Assembly: GCA_038087875.1 (NCBI GenBank) | Contig: JAXLNO010000143.1 | Coordinates: 186,001 to 218,550, forward strand | Reading direction: 5' to 3' | Length of the DNA: 32,550 bases | Source: Malacoraja senta | Taxonomy: Eukaryota | Shown here: positions 22,320 to 32,550 of the stretch, one piece after another | Layout: the number at the start of each line of letters is the position of its first letter | Numbering within the stretch: the stretch's first letter is position 1 | Position numbers and translations under genes: made by a program | Notes under the pieces: model-generated | Seen by the model: the letters and a program-made list of their open reading frames with translations, nothing else | Told to the model about the DNA's origin: nothing | The model's database searches: none

Positions 22320-22921
22320 AGTGATACAGTGTGGAAACAGGCCCTTTGGCCCAACTTGACACACTGGCCTACATGCCCCATCTACACTAGTGCCACATGC
22401 TGCCCGCGTTTGGCCCATATCCCTCCAAACCTGTCCTATCCATGTACCTGTCCAAGTGTTGTTATAGTCCCAGCCTCAGCTGCCTCCTCCGGCAGCTCGT
22501 TCCATACACCCACCACCCTCTGTGTGGAAAAGTTGCCCCTTAGATTCCTATTCAAATTTCCCCACCCCCGCCTCTCCCACCTTAAACCCGTGTCCTCTGA
22601 TCCTCGATTCCCCTATTCTGGGCAAGAGACTCTGTGTGTCTACCCGATCTATTCCTCTTGTGATTTTGTACACATCTATAAGATCACCCCTCATCCTCCT
22701 GCGCTCCAAGGAATAGAGTCCCAGCCCTGCCCCAACCTCTCCCTGTAGCTCAGGCCCCTCGAGTCCCGGCAACATCCTAGTAAATCTCCTCCGCGCCCTT
22801 TCCAAACTCAATGACATCTTTCCTTTAACACGGTGCCCAGAACTGAACGCAATACTCTAAACGCAACCTCACCAACGTCTCGTACAACTGCACGTGACCT
22901 CCCAACTTCTAGACTCAATAC

Positions 22922-22922
<1 letters not shown>
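22320..22922 (-). mobile_element. CR1/HER1 LINE 3' fragment, copy 2
   Basis: LERARRRFTRMLPGLEG..LGLYSLERRRMRGDLIDVYKI. Confidence 0.88.
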
Positions 22923-23352
<430 letters not shown>

Positions 23353-24150
23353 ATTTTTGCTGTTTTTCCCACTGTTTTGTGGGAAACATTGCGGTGAGGT
23401 GAGCGAGTACATACCGGGGGAAATACAAGAGAGAGACAAATGTTGACTTTTTTCCTCTTTTCTTTTCTACAGATGTGAACAATGAAGGAGGATATAGGAC
23501 CAGGCACCTGCTGCTGCTGATGCTGCTGTGGAAAACAAATAATTTTGCTCTGAAACTGGAGCCAAGTTGTATTAAAGTGGGTGGGTCTTGCAATGAAATA
23601 AAAATAAATTCATCAAATCAAACACTTGACTCTTATGATCATCACACATTGAGGGCTGAGGGCTAGTAAAGGCCTGATGAGCCTTAGGGGCACATCCTGG
23701 GCTAGTACAGGGCCTGATTGGCCAAAGGGACACTTAAGCAACTATTTTTGGTGGGGTGTAATCTGAGTTTTGAGTAGTCACCTTTGACTATTATGATCAT
23801 CACACTGAGGGTGGTGGCTGGGGAGGGCTAGTGTGGGGACAGAGAACAGTGTGGGGGGGACAGAACAGTGGGGACAGAGAACATGCCTGATTGGCAGAAG
23901 GGTCACCTCCTGGGCTAGCACAGATGGGCTGAATGAGGGAATGCTTTCTGCAATTTTTCCAGCCAGCCTTGTGGGGCCTAAAATAGATTCTCAGCCAGGC
24001 ATGCAGCAAAATCCATTTTTTGGCCTTTTCCCTGTGCTGGCTGGCTGGCTGGCTGGCAAGGTGCTTTTAAGCCTTTAATGCATCACAGAGCCATGAGGGA
24101 ATACTTGCTGCAATTTGACCAGCTTTGTGGGGCCAATAATGCATTCTCAT

Positions 24151-24214
<64 letters not shown>

Positions 24215-24229
24215 GCTCTCTCTCCCCCT

Positions 24230-24950
24230 TTCCCTCTCTCCATCCCTTCATCCCCCCTCCTTTGTTCTCTCCATCCCTTCATCCCCCCTCCTTTGTTCTC
24301 TCCATCCCTTCATCCCCCCCTCCTTTGTTCTCTCCATCCCTTCATCCCCCCTCCTTTGTTCTCTCCATCCCTTCATTCCCCCTCCTTTGTTCTCTCCATC
24401 CCCCCTCCTTTGTTCTCTCCATCCCTTCATCCCGCCCTCCTTTGTTCTCTCCATCCCTTCATCCCCCCCTCCTTTGTTCTCTCCATCCCTTCATCCCCCC
24501 TCCTTTGTTCTCTCCATCCCTTCATCCCCCCCTCCTTTGCTCTCCATCTCTTCATCCCCCCTCCTTTGTTCTCTCCATCCCTTCATCCCCCCTCCTTTGT
24601 TCTCTCCATCCCTTCATCCCCCCCTCCTTTGTTCTCTCCATCCCTTCATCCCCCCTCCTTTGTTCTCTCCATCCCTTCATCCCCCCCTCCTTTGTTCTCT
24701 CCATCCCTTCATCCCCCCTCCTTTGTTCTCTCCATCCCTTCATCCCCCCTTCTTTGTTCTCTCCATCCCTTCATCCCCCCTCCTTTGTTCTCTCCATTCC
24801 TTCATCCCCCCCTCCTTTGTTCTCTCCATCCCTTCATCCCCCCCTCCTTTGTTCTCTCCATCCCTTCATCCCCCCCTTCCTTTGTTCTCTCCATCCCTTC
24901 ATCCCCCCCTCCTTTGTTCTCTCCATCCCCCCCTCCTTTGTTCTCTCCAT
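24230..24950. repeat. 31-32 bp pyrimidine-rich minisatellite (CTCCATCCCTTCATCCCCCCTCCTTTGTTCT), about 23 copies, preceded by (AATC)n(CT)n
   Basis: Directly visible. Confidence 0.95.
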
Positions 24951-24959
24951 TCCACCCTC

Positions 24960-25166
24960 AATGCCCCAAACAACAACAAACACCCGGAACCAAAACTACG
25001 GCGTTTCGCCCTCCACCCGGACGCCTGAGACCCGCTGTCCCACTTTCCCAGCGTCGGTGCGCCGATCTAAAGCGTCCCCCCTTTCCCCGGAAGCGCCTTT
25101 GTGGACGAGAGGTTCGCCACCTGACCGGAAGTTGTGCGGGAATGCAGCTGTGAAGAGCAGGTAAGG
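24960..25166 (+). promoter_or_regulatory. CpG-rich promoter or first-exon-like segment containing the empty P insertion site
   Basis: CpG-rich; CCGGAAG at about 25087 and ACCGGAAGT at 25124-25132 (ETS/GABP type); donor-like CAG|GTAAGG at 25160/25161; GTGAAGAG at 25150-25157. Confidence 0.5.
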
Positions 25167-25198
25167 ATAAAAGTGCTGTCATGCAGCGGGAGGCAGCA

Positions 25199-25686
25199 AT
25201 GCAGCCAGTGATGCATGCATTCCCTTTAATGCAGCCAGTGATGCATGCATTCCCTTTAATGCGGCCAGTGATGCATGCATTCCCTTTGATGCAGCCAGTG
25301 ACGCATGCCTTCTCCTTAATGCAGCCAGTGATGCATGCATTCCCCTTAATGCAGCCAGTGATGCATGTATTGTCTTTAATGCAGCCAGTGATGCATGCAT
25401 TCCCTTTAATGCAGCCAGTGACGCATGCATTCCCTTCAATGCAGCCAGCGATGCATGCATCGCCTTTAATGCAGCCAGTGACGCATGCATTCCCTTTAAT
25501 GCAGCCAGTGACGGATGCATTCCCTTTATTGCAGCCAGTGAAGCATGCATTCCCTTTAATGCAGCCAGTGATGCATGCATTCCCTTTAATGCAGCCAGTG
25601 ATGCATGCATTCCCTTTAATGCAGCCAGTGATGCATGCATTCCCTTTAATGCAACCAGTGATGCATGCATGCCCTTTAATGCAGCA
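25199..25686. repeat. 30-bp minisatellite array 3, about 16 copies
   Basis: Same unit as arrays 1 and 2. Confidence 0.97.
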
Positions 25687-26044
25687 GGGGAACATGCACA
25701 GGCACTTGCAGGCCGATCCCCGCATTTTATAATTCACACTATATTCACACTTAATATAGCCCTTAAGGCCGATTTCTGTCTTATTTCCAAACCATTTCCC
25801 CAAACCCCTCCCCAAACTCACGAAGCCGACCTTGCGTGACAACGGTGTGGACGTGGGGAGTCCAGACCGGCCAAAACAGGCCCTTCGGCCCATTCCCCCC
25901 CTGCCAGCCCGCAGTTGGTATTGTGTGAATCGGGTCTACGTTCACCCAAATCCCCTCTAGCAGAGAGAGAGAGAGACAGAGAGACAGAGAGAGAAAGAGA
26001 GGCAGAGAGAAAGAGGGACAGAGAGAGAGAAACAGAGAGACAGA

Positions 26045-26644
26045 GTGATACAGCGCGGAAACAGGCCCTTTGGCCCAACTTGACACACTGGCTGACATGC
26101 CCCATCTATACTAGTTCCACATGCTGCCCGCGATTGGCCCCATATCCCTCCAAACTTGTCCTATCCATGTACCTGTCCAAGTGTTGTTATAGTCCCAGCC
26201 TCAGCTGCCTCCTCCGGCAGCTCGTTCCATACACCCACCACCCTCTGTGTGGAAAGGTTGCCCCTCAGGTTCCTGTTAAAATTTCCCCACCCCCGCCTCT
26301 CTCACCTTAAATCCATGTCCTCTGATCCTCGATTCCCCTACTCTGGGCAAGAGACTCTGTGTGTCTACACGATCCATTCCTCTTGTGATTTTGTACACAT
26401 CTATATGATCACCCCTCATCCTCCTGCGCTCCAAGGAATAGAGTCCCAGCCTGCCCCAACCTCTCCCTGTAGCTCAGGCCCCTCGAGTCCCAGCAACATC
26501 CTAGTAAATCTTCTCCGCGCCCTTTCCAAACTCAATGACCTTTCCTGTAACACAGTGCTCAGAACTGAACGTAATACTCTAAACGCAACCTCACCAACGT
26601 CTCGTACAACTGCAACGTGACCTCCCAACTTCTAGACTCAATAC

Positions 26645-26645
<1 letters not shown>
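26045..26645 (-). mobile_element. CR1/HER1 LINE 3' fragment, copy 3
   Basis: Homologous to 17900-18482 and 22320-22922. Confidence 0.88.
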
Positions 26646-27290
<645 letters not shown>

Positions 27291-28135
27291 TTTTTGCTGT
27301 ATTTTCCACTGTTTTGTGGGAAACACTGCGGTGTTGTGAGCGAGTACATACCGGGGGGGAAACTACAAGAGAGAGACAAATGTTGACTTTTTTCCTCTTT
27401 TCTTTTCTACAGATGTGAACAATGAAGGAGGATATAGGACCAGGCACCTGCTGCTGCTGATGCTGCTGTGGAAAACAAAGAATTTTGCTCTGAAACTGGA
27501 GCCAAGTTGTATTAAAGTGGGTGGGTCTTGCAATGAAATAAAAATAAATTCATCAAATCAAACACTTGACTTATGGTTATTATGATCATCACACATTGAG
27601 GCCTGAGGGCTAGTAAAGGCCTGATGAGCCTTAGGGGCACATCCTGGGCTAGTACAGGGCCTGATTGGCCAAAGAGACACTTAAGCAACTATTTTTGGTG
27701 GGGTGTAATCTGAGTTTTGAGTAGTCACCTTTGACTATTATGATCATCACACACTGAGGGTGGTGGCTGGGGAGGGCTAGTGTGGGGACAGAGAACAGTG
27801 TGGGGGGGACAGAACAGTGGGGACAGAGTACATGCCTGATTGGCAGAAGGGTGACCTCCTGGGCTAGCACAGATGGGCCGAATGAGGGAATGCTTTCTGC
27901 AATTTTTCCAGCCAGCCTTGTGGGGCCTAAAATAGATTCTGAGCCAGGCACGCAGCAAAATCCATTTTTTGGCCTTTTCCCTGTGCTGGCTGGCTGGCTG
28001 TGCTGGCCGGCTGGCTGGCAAGGTGCTTTTAAGCCTTTAATGCATCACAGCCATGAGGGAATACTTGCTGCAATTTGACCAGCTTTGTGGGGCCAATAAT
28101 GCATTCTCATAATCTCTCTCTCTCTCTCTCCCCCC

Positions 28136-28357
28136 GTGTGTCCCTCCATCAGTACCTCCACAGTGTGTCCCTCCATCAGTACCACCACAGTGTGTCCCTC
28201 CATCAGTACCACCACAGTGTGTCCCTCCATCAGTACCACCACAGTGTGTCCCTCCATCAGTACCACCACAGTGTGTCCCTCCATCAGTACCACCACAGTG
28301 TGCCCCTCCATCAGTACCGCCACAGTGTGCCCCTCCATCAGTACCACCACAGTGTGT
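28136..28357. repeat. 27-bp minisatellite (GTGTGTCCCTCCATCAGTACCACCACA), about 8 copies
   Basis: Directly visible. Confidence 0.95.
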
Positions 28358-29240
28358 CACTGCGTCAGTTCTGCCCCATTTTTATCCCTCCATCAGTACT
28401 ATCCCACTGTGTGTCACTCCATCAGTGGACGGAGAGAGGGCAGCCCAGAGAGGGGGAATAGAGAGCGTAGGAGAGAGAGTAACAGTTCAGAGAGAGTGAC
28501 ATCAGTAAGGATGGAGGGAGAGAGAAAGAGGGGAGGGAGAGGTGCTGCATCATTCGCTGTTTTATTTAGGTTTAGGACAATTCTGAGGCGGCAATGTTTC
28601 TGTTCTCTGAGTGTCGTGAGTCTTTGGGTCGTTCCTCCACAGAGGTGATGAAGGAAGGCAGAGAATGTTATTGTCCCATGGTATAGTCAGATCTATTCCA
28701 GGCAAGCAGGGAGTGAATGGTTCCCGGGGTCAGTCAGCGGGAGTGTGGGGTTGAGGTCACAGTCAGTGAAGCCGCGATCATATTGAGTGGTGAAGCAGAG
28801 TGGAGGGATGGGGGGGCATTTTAGTTCGAGGTGATGTGTTGAACTAATTCCTCAACCTGTGGACAAAGGTCGCCCAGTCCAGTCCACCTTCAAACTGGGC
28901 ACCAGAAGCCCTGAGAGGGTCCCTGGAGTTTGGCATTGCCTTGCTGAGTGAAACGGATGAAGGAAATCAGACAAACAACATGAGGTGGAGAGTTGGATCT
29001 GATGGAGTTTGAAACAATATCCCCTTTGCTGGAACAATGCCGCCGGCTCCCAATTTCCACCCCTCAGTATCTATCGCCACAATTCCCAGTCTTTGGTGTT
29101 TCTCAATCAATTCCCTGATTAAATCACAACCTGTCTCAGCAGGATTTCACTGGGCTGATGTCATCTGTTTGTGAATCATTTCTAAATCTCTATTTTAAAC
29201 TCTGTTGAAACTTCACTGTCCCGGTGGAGACGGAAAATGG

Positions 29241-29247
29241 TATAAAA
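29241..29247 (+). promoter_or_regulatory. Putative TATA box of the GPCR gene
   Basis: TATAAAA about 85 bp upstream of the ATG at 29327; CRE-like TGATGTCA at about 29156-29163. Confidence 0.45.
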
Positions 29248-30096
29248 TCTCCAGGAATGTTCTGTCCCAGCATTTCATTCCGAGACATTACCGGTAGCTC
29301 ACGGGGACACGTCGCTGGGCAGAGAAATGAGGGAAAAGCTTTATGAATATTTAGACGTGCAGAAATCCTGTACGTGATCATTGCTGCCGTTGGAGTCCCT
29401 GGTAAGTGAGCAGAACAATTCAAGTTTTATAACTCCATCCGTGTGTTAACTGGTGTTGATCTGATTCTCATCATGTTACAAGTTCCCAACTGATGATCGT
29501 TGTACAAGAATATGTGAAGAATATCAATCCATGCAGTGAAATATTTGTGAACAAACGCTGCTGTGATTTGTCTTATTTTCAGACAGCTGAAACTAAGCCT
29601 CTTTTTCTCTCACTGCTGCCGGCCGGGAGCCACTAGAATGTTGTTCTTGCCTTCAGTGGGACCTTGCCCAGAGTTGTCCCAGTGGCTCGGGACAGGCAGG
29701 CAGGCAGGCAGCTCTCCGGGACGGTGTGACTGGGAGAGAGGGGTTCACATTGTGAAGTTCACTGTGTCTGAGTTATTGATCAGAGTGAACACCCGCTCCT
29801 GTGGACACTGTGTCTCACTGTGGAGTCTGTCTGTCACAGTCGGATTCCACCCACAGCCTGTTGGTCAATAATTGGATCGATCTCCTGAACCAGTGGCCGC
29901 GGATCTACCGGCGTGTGTGTGTGTGTTGTTACTTCACCTGCACCATCTTGAGTCTGCTGAGATTAGCCGCTGCATGTCTAAACTAACCCGACTAACTACC
30001 CCACCCTGTCTCTGTGCTTTGGTACATATACCCCACACCATCCATACATGGGGATAATAGGTTGCATTCCTGGCACCGGCTGGATTTCGTGTGTGG

Positions 30097-30283
30097 GAAA
30101 GAACTGCAGATGCTGGTTTAAATCGAAGATAGACACAAAGTGCTGGAGTAACTCAGCGGGACGGGCAGCATCTCTGGAGAGAAGGAATGGGTGACGTTTC
30201 GGATCAAGACCCTTCTTCAGTCCCATTCCTTCTCTCCAGAGATGCTGCCTGTCCGCTGAGTTACTCCGCTTTCTGCGTCGACC
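30097..30283. mobile_element. Penelope-derived palindromic repeat with minus-strand minimal hammerhead motif (30191-30220)
   Basis: Inverted arms about 30133-30190 and 30222-30280; minus strand reads CTGAAGAAGGGTCTTGATCCGAAACGTCAC. Confidence 0.7.
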
Positions 30284-30444
30284 GTCTGGACCAGAAGGGG
30301 TGGACTCTCATTTGCAACAATTGGCCTCTGCTTCAGGAGGGAAGTGTGAAGGGCACCTTGTGTGGGGAGGGAGAGAAAGAGGAATATCAGGATGATTGGA
30401 TATGGTGGCCATTGTAGTGCGTTCTTCCCCCAGCTTTACCTTTA

Positions 30445-30700
30445 CCTTTAGAAAGGAGATGAGGAGGAATTTCTTTAGACAGAGGGTGGTGAATCTGTGG
30501 AATTCATTGCCGCAGACGGGGGTGGAGGCCAAGTCAATGGATAGTTTTAAGGCGGGAGAGTGATAGATTCTTGATTAGTGCGGGTGTCGGGGGTTACGGG
30601 GAGAAGGCAAGAGAATGGGGTTGAGAGGGAAAGATAGATCGGCCATGATTGAATGGCGGAGTAGACATGATGGGCCGAATGGCCTAATTCTGCTCCTACG
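30445..30700 (+). mobile_element. CR1 3' end fragment
   Basis: FRKEMRRNFFRQRVVNLWNSLPQ followed by the 3' UTR GGGCCGAATGGCCT. Confidence 0.85.
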
Positions 30701-30721
30701 AGCTGCACTCTTGTGTAAAAG

Positions 30722-30927
30722 TGTTTAAGAAGGAACTGCAGATGCTGGGAAAATCGAAGATAGACAACGCTGGAGAAACTCAGCGGATGAGGCACCATCT
30801 ATGGAGCGAAGGAAATAGGTAACTATTTCTAGTCTGAAGAAGGGTTTCGGCCCGAAACGTTTACCCGTTTCCTTCGTTCCAATAGATGCTGCCTCACCCG
30901 CTGAGTTTCTCCAGCACTTTTGTCTAC
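30722..30927. mobile_element. Penelope-derived palindromic repeat with plus-strand minimal hammerhead motif (30834-30863)
   Basis: Inverted arms GCTGGAGAAACTCAGCGG and CCGCTGAGTTTCTCCAGC; CTGAAGAAGGGTTTCGGCCCGAAACGTT. Confidence 0.7.
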
Positions 30928-31074
30928 TCTTGTGTAGTCCTTTCTGAATAATTTCCCTTATCTGTGCTGAATGCTAACCTGGTTCTGGAAGGGCAGAGTT
31001 TGGGGATAATGCAATAGATGAAGTAGATTGCATCAAGAAGCCATTGGGATAACCTCAGTGGAAGCTTGAGTGTG

Positions 31075-31298
31075 ATGAGTGGTGAGTCTGTGGAACTCTC
31101 TGTCTCAGAGGGCGGTGGAGGCAGGTTCTCTGGATGCTTTCAAAAGAGAATTAGATAGAGCTCTTAAAAATAGCGGAGTCAGGGGATATGGGGAGAAGGC
31201 AGGAACGGGGTACTGATTGGGGATGATCAGCCATGATCACATTGAATGGCGGTGCTGGCTCGAAGGGCCAAATGGCCTCCTCCTGCACCTGTTGTCTA
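31075..31298 (+). mobile_element. CR1 3' end fragment
   Basis: VVSLWNSLSQRAVEA..FKRELDRAL; 3' UTR homologous to 6870-6990. Confidence 0.85.
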
Positions 31299-32550
31299 CT
31301 GAACTCACTGTGGAATGAATCCATTAACGGAGCCACTCTGCTGCCGGATTCCATGTTGTCCCTGCCTTCCCTCTGGAAGCCCTCCCTCCTCGTCCCCATC
31401 AGATGCCGAGTTCCCAGAGCCCTGGTTAAACGCGGCCGGCCGCTCACGGTTAAGTCTGTGAAAGCGGCCCCATCACAAACTGTGAGCAGCAGCAGGGTTA
31501 ACTATAGAAAGGACCATTACGCCTATTGTAGCGGGTGGGTGGCTACTCGTTCCCTCCCCGCCCTTTACCCCACCCGCCCGTCACCTTATCTCTTCTCCCC
31601 TGAAGCAGGCAGGCAGGTCGGGCACAGTAGGAGCCGGCTCTGACATTGTTAAACTTGCAGCAGCCGCGCACCGACTCCAACACTCCTGATCTTGAGCTGA
31701 AAGTCGAGCCGGTGTTCAGCCCCGGAGACCGTGTTGAGTAAATGCCCAGTGTCCGTTCCCTTGTCTTTCCGCAGTGAATTTAGTGGCGATTGTGATCCTG
31801 TCCCGGGGAAAGTGTGGCCTCTCCACCTGCACCACTCGCTACCTGGTGGCCATGGCAGCGGCCGATCTACTGGTCCTCATCACCGAGGTCATTTTGTATT
31901 GGATCCGATTACATTACTTTTATTGGAGTTTCCTGTCCATCACCCCTGTGTGCGGTGTTAACGCTGTACTGAAGTATGCAGCTACAGACTGTTCTGTCTG
32001 GTTCACCGTCACTTTCACCTTTGATCGCTTTGTCGCCATTTGTTGCCAGAAGCTGAAAACTAAATATTGCAGCGGGAAAACTGCGGCTGTGGTTCTGGCA
32101 ACAGCCGGCGTTCTGTTCTGTGTGAAAAACATTCCCCGCTACTTCAACCGGGAACCCGTGTATATCATCGACAATGTCCCGTGGGGCTGTGACACGGTGG
32201 CCAGTTATTACACTGACCCCGGGTGGGTGGCATTTGACTGGATCGACACGGTTTTAACTCCGTCCTCCCTTTCGCTGTAATCCTGCTGCTCAACGCTCTG
32301 ACAGTCGGCCACATTTTAGTGGCCAGTCGGGTCCGTAAGGGGCTGAGGGGTGAGAGCAAGGGGGAGAACCGCAGTGACCCGGAGATGGAGAGCAGGAGGA
32401 GGTCTATGGTTTTACTCTTCACCATCTCCGGCAGCTTCATCCTCCTGTGGCTGACGAATGTTGTAAACTTCGTCTATTATCAGATCACAGGAATTGGAAA
32501 TGATCTGAAGATTCTCAATATATCTTTCACTACGTCGGGTATTTGCTGAG

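Larger units (their letters stand above)
29327..32550 (+). pseudogene. GPR139/GPR142-like class A orphan GPCR, 2 exons (29327-29401 and 31775 to the window end), three apparent 1-bp deletions
   Basis: ILYVIIAAVGVP|VNLVAIVILSRGKCGLSTCTTRYLVAMAAADLLV; TM3 DCSVWFTVTFTFDRFVAICC; LPFAVILLLNALTV; DPEMESRRRSMVLLFTISGSFILLW; phase-1 gtaagt...ttccgcag intron; frameshifts near 29364, 32263 and 32509. Confidence 0.85.

Overview
Eukaryotic, repeat-dominated DNA, most likely from a cartilaginous fish (skate/ray-like). The taxon is inferred from CR1/HER1-type LINE and HE1-like SINE tails, Penelope-derived palindromes and a shark-type GPR139-like GPCR. The centrepiece is a disabled, intron-containing P-element-superfamily DNA transposon on the minus strand (THAP domain plus DDE P transposase, 3 exons, 12394-16724). 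It has CAAAG-type imperfect terminal repeats at 7858 and 16827. Inside its first intron are two 36-37 bp TIR-to-TIR fusions flanked by 8-bp target duplications, which look like P-element excision footprints. Its 5' half and flank are tandemly duplicated (18684 onward). A third copy of the flank (25150 onward) lacks the element and shows the empty site in a CpG/ETS promoter-like sequence. Other content: nested CR1 insertions, a Rex1/Babar LINE fragment, a solo LTR with an empty-site paralog, several minisatellites, minimal hammerhead-ribozyme motifs in Penelope-derived repeats, and a two-exon GPR139-like GPCR with three single-base frameshifts running off the right edge. All calls are by eye and no database searches were run.
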